Shown here piece after piece: positions 1 to 11,100 of a stretch of DNA of 64,000 nucleotides. A program made the position numbers and the translations under genes. This DNA comes from Rebecca billardiae RCC1528. Taxonomy: Eukaryota; Protista; Haptophyta. Under the pieces are notes generated by a model. It was not told where the DNA came from, made no database searches, and saw nothing but the letters and a program-made list of their open reading frames with translations. The DNA is taken from NCBI GenBank assembly GCA_965240325.2, contig OZ251222.1:1550001-1614000 (forward strand), read 5' to 3'. The first letter of the stretch is position 1, and each line of letters starts with the position of its first letter.

Positions 1-2
1 GC

Positions 3-3000
3 TTTGTGCGCCGGCTCGCTTGCACGCCGCATACCTCGCAGCTCGTGCTGCGCGGCTCTTACCTGCTCCGCGCGTACCTGCCGGCGCTGCCACGGCCTGT
101 GGCGGACCTTGACTTTCTCGCACTGTGCCCCAACGACGCTCCGCTGGTCGAATCCATGATCCGTGACGCGTGCGACCAGCGCGTGGCTGACGGCCTCGCG
201 TTTGCGCGCGGCGCCGTCTCCTCGCAGCGGCACTGGGAGGGCACGGAGCACCCGGGGCTCAAGCTGACGGTGGAGTGCCACGAGCTGAACGTCGGCTCCG
301 ACGCGTCGCGCGCGCCGGCGACGCATCGCTTCAGCGTCGACGTGGGCTGGGGCGATCCGCTGGTGCCGCCGCCGGGCGCGCTGCACGTGCGCGCCGCGCC
401 CGTGGCGGCAGGCGGCGCATCCGCCTGCGTTCCGCTCGCCGCACGGGCGGAGACGCTGCTGGCGTGGAAGCTTCACGGCCTCTTCGAGCACGAGAGCGCG
501 GGTCTGAGCCAAGCCGGCGTCCCCAAGGGCTACTGGCGCCCGAAGGACCTCTTCGACTGCTGCCTGCTCGCCACCGCCGGCGCGCGGCTCATGCGCGCGT
601 CCGCGCTGCGCGACGCGGTCGTCGCGGCCTTCGCCTCGCGCGGCTACCCGGTGAGCCGGCTGGTGCGGCTGGCGCACGGCCGCTTCGGGACGAGCACGAA
701 GAGCGCGCGCAATTACGCTCGTTGGCGTGCGTCCGTCCTCGCGAGCGCCCCGGCCGCCGCCGAGTCTGGCCGCCGGGGCGCGGCTGCGCCGATCCCCGAG
801 AGCGCGCAGGCATGCGTCGCAGCGCTCGCGCCGACGTGCGCCGCGGTGCTGCGCGAGCTGGGCTACGCGCCGCTGCCCGGCGAGACGCTCCCCTTCGCCC
901 CGGCGTGGCAGGTGGCCGAGCTCGAACGCACGCTCGCCTCCGCGCCGTCGCGCGTCGTCGTCGATCGCGCCGCGCCCATCACGCCGAGCACGGCGCCGCG
1001 CGCGGCGGCGCGCGAGCCGTCGGCGACCACCGCGACGGCGCCCGAGGCCCTCTTCATCGTCGGAGGCGCGAACCGTGCCAAGTGGGAGGAGACGGCCAAA
1101 GTGCTGGCCGAGTACGCCAGCCTGGTCGTGCCGTGCGCGTACACGCCGCCCGAGGAGCTGCGCTTCCCGCCCGGCCTGGCGGACGGCTCGACGCGCGCGG
1201 TGGACGTCGTGCACGCGCTCGCGCGCCACTGCCACAAGGCGCTCGGCCGCGCGTGCATCGTCGAGCTCGCGCTGCTCGAGCTGGCTGGCGGCGCGCGCCC
1301 GCTCGTGCTGCATCGGCTGCCAGCGCACGAGGAGCGCGGCTTCGCCCGCGCGCACGCCGGCCGCGCCGCGCGCTTCCACGCGCTCATCGGGTACATCGGC
1401 CCGGATGGCGGGCCGGTCGAGGTGCTCGAGGGCGATCTGGACGGCGAGATTGTGAGCCCCGTGCGCGGCGAGCGCGCGCACGGCTGGAACCGGTGCTTCC
1501 AGCCCGAGGGCCACGGGAAGACGCTGGGCGAGCTGGGCGAGTCGCTCGCGTACGTGCAGCCGCGCGTGCGCCCGCTGCTCGAGCTCGCCGCCATGCTCCG
1601 CACACCGCTCGCGTACGGCACCCTCGAGCGCAGCCGCGGGCTGTTTGAGCTGCACGTGAGCGTGCGCACGCCGAGCGAGCCGGAGGGCGGCGTGCCCACC
1701 TTCCGCGAGGCGTGCGGGCTGCTCGGCGTCAAGGCCGTCGTGATCGATAACGAGGGCGGCGCCACGCCGCGCCAGCTCATGACCGCCTCGTACACGCAGG
1801 GCTCGCTGCGCGACGCGCTCACCGCCGCGTTCGTGCTCGCGCGCCGGCTGAGCGCGCTCGGCTTCTGCGTGCTCCGAACCAAGGTGGAGGCTGGATTCCA
1901 CAACCCGGGCGTGCCGGCGACCGACGCGGAGGCCGCGGCGCTCTCGCCGCACAACTACTTCGAGGTGCACTGGAAGCTGCGCCTCCCGCGCGGTGGCGCC
2001 GAGCTGCCGGCGCTCGCGCGGCTCGCGGCGGCGCACGGTGCGCGGCTGTCGCGCTCGGCGCTCAAGCGCGCGAGCAGCGGCGGCGAGGGCGGCGTTGGGC
2101 ACGAGCAGCGCTTTGTCACGCTGCGCCTGTACGACTGCGGCCGCGAGCGCGCGGCCGAGCGCGTGCGCCGCCTGACCGACGAGCTCGCGGAGCACGGCTA
2201 CCACGTGCTCACCACCATCCGCGAGTACGCGGTGTACGACTCCAACGTGGCGATGGACGCGGGCTGGATCGATGCGCCTGGCCCCACCGCCAGGCCGGGC
2301 GGCCGCGCGAGCGGCGCGGCGCCGCAGACGCCCGCCGGCGCCGCGCGGGACGCGGCCGGCAAGCTGGGCGCCGACGCGCTCGCAACGGCTCACGAGCCGT
2401 TCGGGGCGGTAACGGTGCACTCGGGGCGAGCGAGCGCAGAGGCTCGGGGCCGAGTGCCCCCCAGAGGGTCGCAGCTCGACGCGTCGGCCGGCCGCGCGGA
2501 CGGTGCGACCGCGACGGCAGCGGTCGCGCGCACAGCCGCGCCGCCGCGCGGCGCTGCCGGCGGCCCCGCCGCCGAGGCCTCGGCCACGGCCGCGACGGAG
2601 GCACTGGGCGACCTCGTGCGTGGCGCGCTCTGGCACCGCGCGCACCCGGCGCGCGGCTGGGACCCTTCGCAGCTGCTCGGCGCTCTGCTGGCGGAGGTGG
2701 GCGCCGGCCGCGCGTCCGTGGCGTGGGAGCCCGAGCGCGGCGGCGCGGCGGCGCTCACCGGCGCCGACGGCGGCGCCGGGCGCGGCGGCGCCCGGCTCGG
2801 CCTCTTCCACTACAAGCAGAGCGTGAAGCACTGGACGCCAGCGCTGCTCCTCGCGCGCGGGCTGCTGCTGCGGCAGGACGGCCGCCATGCCACCCTCGTG
2901 GGCACGCCCTTCCCCAAGTTCTTCGAGCTCGGGCGCGACGGCGTCAGCCTCGCCGAGCTCGAGCACTGCGCGCTCCGCTGGGAGGCGACGGAGAAGCTGG

Positions 3001-4058
3001 ACGGCTCGATGGCGCTGCTCGTGTGCGACCGCGGGCGCTGGCGCGTGCTCACCAAGCGCGGCTTTGGCTCGGAGCAGGCGGCGTGGGCGGAGTCCTGGCT
3101 GCGCGCCCGCGCGGCGCACCTCCCGAGCGCGCTCGAGGCTGGGTGCACGTACGTGTGCGAGGTCGTGTCCCGCGCCAACTGGGTGGTGGTGCGCTACCCG
3201 CCAGAGCGGGAGGGCGTGTGGCTGTGCGCCGCGTACGGCCGAGACGGGGCCGAGCTCGAGCGACCGGCGCTCGAGGCGGTGGCTGCGCGCGCCGGGCTCC
3301 CCCTCGTGCCCCTCGTGGCGAGCGGCGTGCTGCGGCCCGCGCCAGCCGGTGGCGCGACCGGCCCGGAGGCGGGCGACGAGCCGGCGCGCGCGCGGCTTCG
3401 CGAGACGATCGGCGCGGCGCTCGATGCGCCGGACGGCCACCGCGCCGAGGGGCTCGTGCTGCGCTTCGTGCTGCCCGGCGGCGCAGCGCACCGCGCCAAG
3501 GTGAAGGCGCGGGCGTACGCGCGCCTGTACCGGCTGCAGGACGGGCTCACGCCGCGTGCCGCGTGGACCGCCGCCAAGGCTGGCGGCGTGGACGCGCTCG
3601 ACGCGCTGTGCGACTCGGCGCCGGAGGAGTTTGCGCACTACATGGCCGGCGTGCGCACGCTCACGCTCGCGGCGGTGTGTGACACGGCCGCCCAGGCGCA
3701 CATGGCTGTGCGCGCCGCCGCTGCCATGGGCCGCACGGATGCGCGCGGCCTCGCCGAGCTCCTGCGCGAAGCGAGCGCTTGGCCGGACGGCGCGCCCATC
3801 ACGCAGGCACAGCGCCGGTTGGCGCACAAGGCGCTCGCCGGCCGGCTCGGCGCGGCCGAGCTTGCGCTCGGCGCTGTCCAAGACGGCGGGCCCGACCGGG
3901 CGCGCGCGGCCCGCGGCGCGGCGCTTCTCGGCCAGCTCGACGCGACGGCGCGCCACGCGCTGTTCACTTTCGTGCCCGTCAGCGCACCGCAGGACGCACG
4001 CTCTCGGCATGTGCACCTGGCCGATGGCACTCGGCTACTCAATCACCAGCGGCACTAG
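3..4058 (+). CDS. Multidomain fusion (5'-partial): AbiEii/AbiGii-family nucleotidyltransferase + Ham1/ITPase-like + uncharacterised FExH-repeat domain + T4 Rnl1-like RNA ligase
   Basis: One intronless frame, open from the window edge (..FVRRLA..). AbiEii motifs LVLRGSYLL, RPVADLDF, VDVGWGDP, ETLLAWKL, RPKDLFD (~6-730). Ham1-like GGANRAKWEE..GDLDGEIVSPVRG..HGWNRCFQPEG..KTLGEL (~1050-1600). FELHVSV..YFEVHWKL..RFVTLR..EYAVYDSN..D.GW (~1640-2270). Rnl1 motifs PFPKFFE, EKLDGS (2991), YVCEVV, EGLVLRF, KVK (~2780-3560). Confidence 0.88.
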   Translation, partial: FVRRLACTPHTSQLVLRGSYLLRAYLPALPRPVADLDFLALCPNDAPLVESMIRDACDQRVADGLAFARGAVSSQRHWEGTEHPGLKLTVECHELNVGSDASRAPATHRFSVDVGWGDPLVPPPGALHVRAAPVAAGGASACVPLAARAETLLAWKLHGLFEHESAGLSQAGVPKGYWRPKDLFDCCLLATAGARLMRASALRDAVVAAFASRGYPVSRLVRLAHGRFGTSTKSARNYARWRASVLASAPAAAESGRRGAAAPIPESAQACVAALAPTCAAVLRELGYAPLPGETLPFAPAWQVAELERTLASAPSRVVVDRAAPITPSTAPRAAAREPSATTATAPEALFIVGGANRAKWEETAKVLAEYASLVVPCAYTPPEELRFPPGLADGSTRAVDVVHALARHCHKALGRACIVELALLELAGGARPLVLHRLPAHEERGFARAHAGRAARFHALIGYIGPDGGPVEVLEGDLDGEIVSPVRGERAHGWNRCFQPEGHGKTLGELGESLAYVQPRVRPLLELAAMLRTPLAYGTLERSRGLFELHVSVRTPSEPEGGVPTFREACGLLGVKAVVIDNEGGATPRQLMTASYTQGSLRDALTAAFVLARRLSALGFCVLRTKVEAGFHNPGVPATDAEAAALSPHNYFEVHWKLRLPRGGAELPALARLAAAHGARLSRSALKRASSGGEGGVGHEQRFVTLRLYDCGRERAAERVRRLTDELAEHGYHVLTTIREYAVYDSNVAMDAGWIDAPGPTARPGGRASGAAPQTPAGAARDAAGKLGADALATAHEPFGAVTVHSGRASAEARGRVPPRGSQLDASAGRADGATATAAVARTAAPPRGAAGGPAAEASATAATEALGDLVRGALWHRAHPARGWDPSQLLGALLAEVGAGRASVAWEPERGGAAALTGADGGAGRGGARLGLFHYKQSVKHWTPALLLARGLLLRQDGRHATLVGTPFPKFFELGRDGVSLAELEHCALRWEATEKLDGSMALLVCDRGRWRVLTKRGFGSEQAAWAESWLRARAAHLPSALEAGCTYVCEVVSRANWVVVRYPPEREGVWLCAAYGRDGAELERPALEAVAARAGLPLVPLVASGVLRPAPAGGATGPEAGDEPARARLRETIGAALDAPDGHRAEGLVLRFVLPGGAAHRAKVKARAYARLYRLQDGLTPRAAWTAAKAGGVDALDALCDSAPEEFAHYMAGVRTLTLAAVCDTAAQAHMAVRAAAAMGRTDARGLAELLREASAWPDGAPITQAQRRLAHKALAGRLGAAELALGAVQDGGPDRARAARGAALLGQLDATARHALFTFVPVSAPQDARSRHVHLADGTRLLNHQRH

Positions 4059-4149
4059 CAGCGCATCTGCGTAGACGATAGACGACTGTACTCACTCGGA
4101 CCGCCGCACAGTAGCGGGCACGGACGACTCGCTAAATTGCTGCTTATTT

Positions 4150-4534
4150 ATGGCGCGCGGTGTCAAGGCGGAGCGCGGTAGCGTGGAGCCCCGCTGTGTG
4201 CTCGCGCGCCTGCCGGTACGTCCCGCTGTGTGCTCGCGCGCCTGCCGGTACGTCCCTCCGCCAAGGCTCGGCCTAGCCGATCGAGGGATGCATCACCGGG
4301 ACCGGCCAAGCCCTCCGCCGGCGCCGCCGGGCCGCCCGCGCGCCGCCGCCAGCCGGTGCTGAAAAGCCCACTAGCCGCGTGCGGCTGGCTGCAGTGCGCG
4401 TGCGAGCGGCGCAATCAGCGTGGGCGGCGTTGCGCGGCGCGATGAAGGCCAGATGCATGACAGGTTCGACTCCACCGCGTCACACGCGGCCGAGCGCGCG
4501 CTACACCGGGACGGCCGTCCCGGCCAGAGCGCAT
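4150..4534 (+). mobile_element. Non-autonomous element copy 1 (Helentron/Helitron2-like family); 3' end uncertain
   Basis: 4150 ATGGCGCGCGGTGTCAAGGCGGAGCGCGGTAGCGTGGAGCCC matches the reverse complement of the ends at 47788-47827 and 61720-61758. Internal 32-bp tandem repeat (~4190-4256). CACCGCG at 4473 and palindromes at 4475-4489 and 4506-4523. Confidence 0.5.
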
Positions 4535-4559
4535 TATAATAGTGTTTAGAACAGAACGT

Positions 4560-4680
4560 GGTTACCCAGGTGGACCAGGGGACCAGCGATCAATGAGACA
4601 ATGAGCCGTGATTGATCGTTATTGCTGACCAGGGCGGCGCCAGCGCATACAGAACAACGCAGGTTACCCAGGTGGACCAG
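4560..4680. repeat. 19-bp direct repeat GGTTACCCAGGTGGACCAG (4560-4578, 4662-4680) within degenerate ~100-bp units
   Basis: Exact copies read directly; both lie just downstream of CAGAAC, with AGCGCAT further upstream. Confidence 0.8.
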
Positions 4681-5118
4681 CGGCTCTTGATATGATATAT
4701 TGAGACGTGACAGTCATCTTGAATGACGACTGAGCTTCGTCAAGGTTGGATGAGCGGTGAGCCGCCCTTCGATAGTAATTGGGTACTCATGAAACAGCTT
4801 CATCCTTCGGTGATGAGCCGCCTGCTCGCTCGTCCGGAGCCACGTGCCCCCAACCCAACTCCCCAAACCAAAACTTGGTCACTACAGGTCGCGACTCGCG
4901 TGCAAGACTCACTCGCGCGGGTGAGTAATTAATAAGCAGCCCACGTCATCTCTGATCTCTATCATACATTATCCACGTGGGCACGCCGGTCGTGGCGCCA
5001 GGCCGGGGCGGGTGCGCACCCGTGCGCAAGCGGCGGCAGCGGCGGCCGGCCGCGCACGAAGGCGACGACCCTGCAGCAAAGAGGTACCCACCCGCCCCGC
5101 GCCGCGGTGCTCATTATC

Positions 5119-8100
5119 ATGGCCTTCGCCAACGCGAGTTCGGCACGTGCTGAGGAGGTGACCGAGCCCACTCCTGACGGAACGGCTGAGCTCCTGCGCC
5201 GCCCATCGCGCGACGAGCCTGGGCGCCTCCTCTTCCCCATCGCGTCCCTCTTCTTCTTCCACCGCGTGCTGCTGCCGAGCGTGCTGCTTGGCGGCGATGA
5301 CCCGCTCGGCTGCGTCCTTCTCGTCGCGTGCGTCTGCCTGCTCGGGTGCGAGGTGGGCGCACTGGCGCGAGGCATGCGCGCACAGGGCACGTGCACGTCG
5401 CTCAGCATGCCCTCCTTCTTCGGCGGCCCACAGGTACGGCGGTGCCACCGGCACCGAGCTGCTGGCTCGTGCCCGCGAGCGCCCGCGCGCGGCGAGCGTG
5501 CTCGCCTGAGCGTGAGGCCGTTGCGGCGGCGGCGGCGCGACGAGCCCCGCCCTCCTCGGGGCGCGCCCCGAAGCGGGCCAACCCTGGCGACCCCGTGACC
5601 CCGCGCCTCCCGGCGCGCGCCCGCCCACCGCCTCGCAGCACGAGCGACGCGTGCGCGGAGGACTCGCTGCGGGCACAGCGTGCTCTCCGTCGTCTTCCTC
5701 TTCTTCGACTGCTGCCGGCGGACGTACCGGCGCCTACACGTCGGCTGCATCGCTCGCCGCTCGCCGTGGCGTGCGGTGCCCGGCCCTCGTGCTCGCGATG
5801 ATCATGGCTTTGGCGCCGGCGGCGACCGCGCAGACCTCACTGCGCACTCAGCTCATCACAGATTACCCCGAGTGCTTCCCCGGGGGCAGCTTTGACGCCG
5901 ACTACTGCTCCAACAACGTCACCGGCTCCATGTGCGCGCGCGTGTGGCGCGGCTCCGCGTCCCTGCGCGTGCGCGCACCGCGCGGTGACGCGCGGTGAGC
6001 ACCCCGTGCGCGCCTGACTTGCACGGCCGCCTGCGCCGGCAACACGCACGCCCGCGGCGACGCGCAGCATCTACGGCGCTGTGGGCGGCACGGTGCCGAC
6101 GGAGCTCGGGAACTTCCACTCGCTCGGCTCACTGTAAGCCGGCGCTGCGCATGCGCCCCGCGCGCCATCTGCGGCGTGCGCGCTTCCGCTGGCCCTCGCT
6201 CGCCGATCCATGCCGCGCCCACGCTCCCTCACCGCGCCCGCGCGCTCGCACCGCAGCACTCTGCTCGGCAACGCCCACTCGGGCACCGTCCCGACCGAGC
6301 TCGGCACGATGTCGGCGCTCGAATCTCTGTGCGTGCGTGCAGCTCACATCGCGTAGGGCTGGCGTGCCACGCGTGGTGGCGCGATCGCACCCTCACTGAG
6401 CCGGTGCCCACCGCCGGCGCGCGCGCGCGCGCGCGCGCAGGCGCCTCGAGGACAACAACTTGGTCGGCACCGTCCCGTCCGAGCTGGGCTCGCTGACGCG
6501 CTTGGACGAAAACCTGTGCGCCGCCACCCCGCGCCTTCCCCGCAGCGGCGCACCAGTCAGCGGCTGACCCGTCGCACCCGGCCCGCATGCCGTTGCTCTT
6601 TCGGCCGGCCCGACAACCCTCCCACCTGGCAGCTCCTTCCAGGGCAACTCGCTCACCGGCACGATGCCGACGCACCTCGGCCAGCTCACGAGCGTGTACC
6701 TGTTGTGCGTGGCGCGCGTGGCTCGCCCTGCGTACCGTGCTCTTCGCTCGCAGCGTGCGGCACGTGCGGCCGCTCACCGGCGCCATCGCGGCACCTCGAC
6801 GCGCGCTCCCACGCCGCGCCAGCAAATTCGACGACAACTCTTTGACCGGAACCATCCCGACCGAGTTTGGGCGGCTGGCGAATGCGTATGGCCTGTACGC
6901 GCAGCCGAGCACGCCGTGCCGCGCGCCGCGCGCCTTCGCCGCGAACATCTGCTCATGCCCGGACGTCTGCGCGCGTGCTGCTGCTCACGGCTTAGGACCC
7001 TCGACGGCAACATGCTGACTCAGACCATCCCGAGCGAGCTGGGGCAGCTGGACTCGAGCTTGCACGAGCTGTGAGCGCAGCCGACGCGCTGCGCGCCCAC
7101 GCTGCGCGCGCCCACGCTGCGCGCTGCGCGCTGCGCGCTGCGCCTCGCCGGGAGCACGCGCGCGTGCGCCGCGCGTCGCAGCCCACCCTCGGCCGCACCC
7201 CCGCCCGCCGCAGCTATTTGCACTCCAACTCTTTGGCGGGGTCGATCCCGACCCATCTCGGCCAGCTGTCCGTCCTGGATGACTTGTGCGCGCCAGAGGC
7301 GCCGCGCCCCGCGCGCGGCGGGCGACGCGCACGCAGCTCTCCTCTCACGCATGTACGTCCAACTGTGGCGCTTGCGCGCGCGCTGCTCGCTGCAGGTACC
7401 TGCATTCGAACAGTCTCGTCGGGCCCATCCCATCCGAGCTGGGTGAGCTCACCGCTGTCAAGTTGATGTGCGCGCGGCGCACGCGCAGGCCGGTGCACCG
7501 CGTGCGCGCGCGCGGCTGGCGGCCCTCTCACCAGCGTCGACGCTGCGTGCTGCCCGCTCGCGTGCCGCGTTGCGCAGGATCCTCTATGGCAACATGCTCA
7601 CTGGTGGCCTACCGGTGGCGCTGGGAACCGGCTTGACGAGCATGCGCGCGCTTCTCCTTCAATCCAACTCGCTCGTCGGCGCCATCCCGGCCTCGCTCGG
7701 TGCGTGCAGCTCCCTGACCTACCTCGGCCTGAACTTCAACTCGCTCACGGGCACGCTGCCGACCGAGCTGGCCGGCATGACAAAGCTGCAGACGTTGGAG
7801 ATGATGGGCAACTCGCTGGGCGGGAGCCTTCCGACGAGCCTCGGCGGCCTGACGCAGCTGCAGTACCTGTACCTCGCCGAGAACGCTCTCACTGGCTCGA
7901 TCCCGGCCGCACTCGGTGCCTTGACCGCGCTCATGCACCTGTGGCTGTACACCAACTCTCTGGTCGGCTCGCTGCCGACGGCGGTGGCCGACATCGGCTT
8001 GCTTCAGAGCGTGGATTTGCGTGGAAATGCGCTGACCGGCCCCATCCCCTCTGAGCTGGGCGGCGCCTTCGGCCTGACCCAACTCGCTCTCTACGACATG

Positions 8101-11100
8101 TCGCTGGCGGGCGCCATCCCCTCAGAGCTCGGCCTGTGCACTCGACTCGCGTTCCTGGACGTGTACGGCAACTCTTTCTCTGGCAGCCTGCCAACCGAAG
8201 TGGGCGCACTCACCGCCCTGGGCGACCTGGTCCTCAACGGCATGTCCTTGACCAGCACCCTCCCATCACAGCTCGGCGCGCTGACCCGGCTCACCGAGCT
8301 GGCCATCGATGGTAACGCGCTGAGCGGCACGATTCCAGCGTCGCTCGGCGGCTTGACGGCTCTCACACAGCTCGACCTCTACTCCAACTCGCTGGCGGGC
8401 GCTCTCCCCACCGAGCTGGGCGCGCTGACCCGCCTCTGGTATCTGCGCGTCGACCGCAACTCGCTGAGCGGCACGATTCCAGCGTCGCTCGGCGGCTTGA
8501 CGGCTCTCATACAGCTCGACCTCTACTCCAACTCGCTGGCGGGCGCTCTCCCCACCGAGCTGGGCGCGCTGACCCGCCTCTGGTATCTGCGCGTCGACCG
8601 CAACTCGCTGAACGGCACGGTCCCCTCGGAGCTTGGCGCGCTGACTGCACTCTCATCTCTGAAGGCGTTCACCAACGCGCTCACCGGCACGATGCCAACA
8701 TCGCTCGGCGGCTTGACGGCACTCACGGATCTGAGTGCTGCGAGCAACTCGCTGGCGGGCAGGCTCCCCACGGAGCTCGGCCATTGCACGCGCGCCTGGA
8801 GCATCGGCCTCGACTTCAACTCCCTCACTGGGCCAGTGCCCTCCGAGCTCGGCTCACTCACTGCTCTTGCCTTCCTCGACCTGAACGACATGTCGCTGAC
8901 TGGTGCCCTGCCGTCCGAGCTGGGCTCGCTGACTGTTCTCTCACGGCTGGCCGCGTCCGGCAACGCGCTGAACGGCACGCTGCCCGCTGCGCTCGGCAAT
9001 ATGTCGGCTCTCGAGACGCTCTGGTTGCACACGAACACGCTCAGCGGCACCGTGCCGTCGGCGCTCGGCCTCCTCACGAGCCTGGTGTACCTGGAGGCGC
9101 ACACGAACCAGCTGACCGGTGCCGTCCCGTCTGAGATCGGAGCGGCGACGAGCCTGGTCGAAATAGACCTGAGGGCCAACTCTTTGTCGGGCTCCCTTCC
9201 CTCAGCACTTGGCGCGCTGCAGAGCCTCACGACGCTCGACCTGCAGACCAATTCGCTGACGGGCAGCATGCCGTCCGAGCTCGGCACGATTGGAGTGCTG
9301 GCGAACCTGGCCCTCTTGGACAACTCGTTGAGCGGCACCATTCCGCCGCAGCTCTTCTCGCCCAGCCTGGAGACCCTGTACCTCGAGGGCAACTCGCTGA
9401 ACGGCAGCATTCCAACCGAGATCGGCAGTTCCACGCTCGTGCGCTTCTTGTACCTCGGCAGCAACAGCCTCACTGGCACCGTCCCGCACGAGCTTGCGCA
9501 GCTGACGCTGCTGCAGGTGGTGTCCGCCCGGCAGAACTCGCTGAGCGGCACCGTGCCGACAGAGCTCGGAGCTCTCACGCAGTTCCTCTTCCTGTACTTC
9601 GACGGGAACTCGCTGAGCAGCGCCATGCCGACGGAGCTGGGCGTGCTGACGAGCGCCCTGCAGATGACGTTTGCAGGGAACGAGCTCACTGGCACGATTC
9701 CATCCGAGCTTGGAGCGTGCACGCGCTTGACATCGATTGCCTTAGAGCTCAATTCGCTCAACGGCGCGTTCCCGACCGAGCTGCTGCAGCTGACTGCCTT
9801 GCCTGCCGGCGGCTTCACGTACGACGGCCGCACCGCCGCCAACGAGCTGACGTCGTGCTCGGACGGCGGCTGCGTATGCGCTGGCTCAGAGGCGTTCAAC
9901 ACGACCAACGGCGCTTTCAGCCCTGACATCATTGACCTCGTCGTGTGCCCATCTCCGCCGCCACCTCGCCCACCGGCGCCGCCGCCGAGTCCGCCGCCCT
10001 CGCCCCCGCCCTCGCCGCCGCCAAGCCCTCCGTCGCCGCCGCCGTCGCCTCCTGCCCCGCCCCCGTCGCCGCCGCCGCCGCCCTCGCCGCCGCCCTCGCC
10101 GCCGCCGCCCTCGCCGCCGCCCTCGCCGCCACCCTCGCCGCCGCCGCCGCCCTCGCCGCCGCCCTCGCCGCCGCCGCCCTCGCCGCCGCCCTCGCCGCCG
10201 CCGCCCTCGCCGCCGCCCTCGCCGCCGCCCTCGCCGCCACCGCCGAGCCCTCCGCCGAGCCCTCCGCCAGACCTGTCCAAGCTCAAGGCACAGATGCGTG
10301 CAGCGGTGACCGAGTGCTTCCCCGACACCGACGAATTCGACCCGGCCCTGTGCAGCGCGTACTACAACGCCACGCTCATCGACTTCTCGGGGAACGCGCT
10401 CTCTGGTCCGATCCCTACCGAAGTGGGCTATTTGACCTCGGCGCTAGGGCTGTGGCTCCACACCAACTCGCTGTCTGGCCCGGTGCCGACAGAGGTCGGC
10501 TTGCTGACTGGCATGCAGCTGCTCTACCTCCAAGACGCTGGGCTGACGGGGACGCTGCCGACAGAGCTCGCATATCTGACGAGCGTGACGTCCGTGCGTG
10601 TGGACGACAACGCGCTGAACGGCACCATTCCAGCCTGGCTGGGCAATGCCACCAGCCTTCGGACTGTCTACTTCCACAACAACCACATGACCGGCACGAT
10701 CCCGCCCGAGCTGGGGCGGTGCACCGAGATGGAGCTCATGTACTTGCACGGCAACCGGCTCACGGGGCAGGTCCCATCCGAGATCGGCGCGATGACAGGG
10801 CTCAGAGTGGTGTACGCCCACACCAACAGCCTGTCTGGCACGCTGCCCACCACGCTCGGCGCGCTCACCCGCATCGAGGAGCTCTTCTTTCACACGAACA
10901 AGCTCACCGGCGCCCTGCCCACTGAGCTGGGTGGCGCGACGAGCCTGACGTGGCTCGCCGCCCAGCAGAACTCGCTGGCTGGTCGCATCCCGTCCGAGCT
11001 CGGGATGACCGACATGTACGCGCTCTACCTCTGGACCAACGAGCTGACCAGCAGCATCCCGTCGGAGCTCTTCAGCATCCAGAGCCTGACGGCGCTGTAC

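Noticed and set aside
1-4058. Bacterial contamination as the source of the fusion gene
   Set aside because: GC content and codon style match the neighbouring intron-containing genes, the domains are joined by eukaryote-like low-complexity linkers, and a host repeat follows directly. A chimeric join cannot be fully excluded without reads.
4440-4490. tRNA gene suggested by the B-box-like GGTTCGACTCC at 4463-4473
   Set aside because: The T-stem pairs for only 2 bp and no cloverleaf or acceptor stem can be built; at most a B-box-like motif inside the repeat element.
6415-6440. (GC)n alternating tract as a functional Z-DNA element
   Set aside because: Such runs are common in introns throughout this window; nothing singles this one out.
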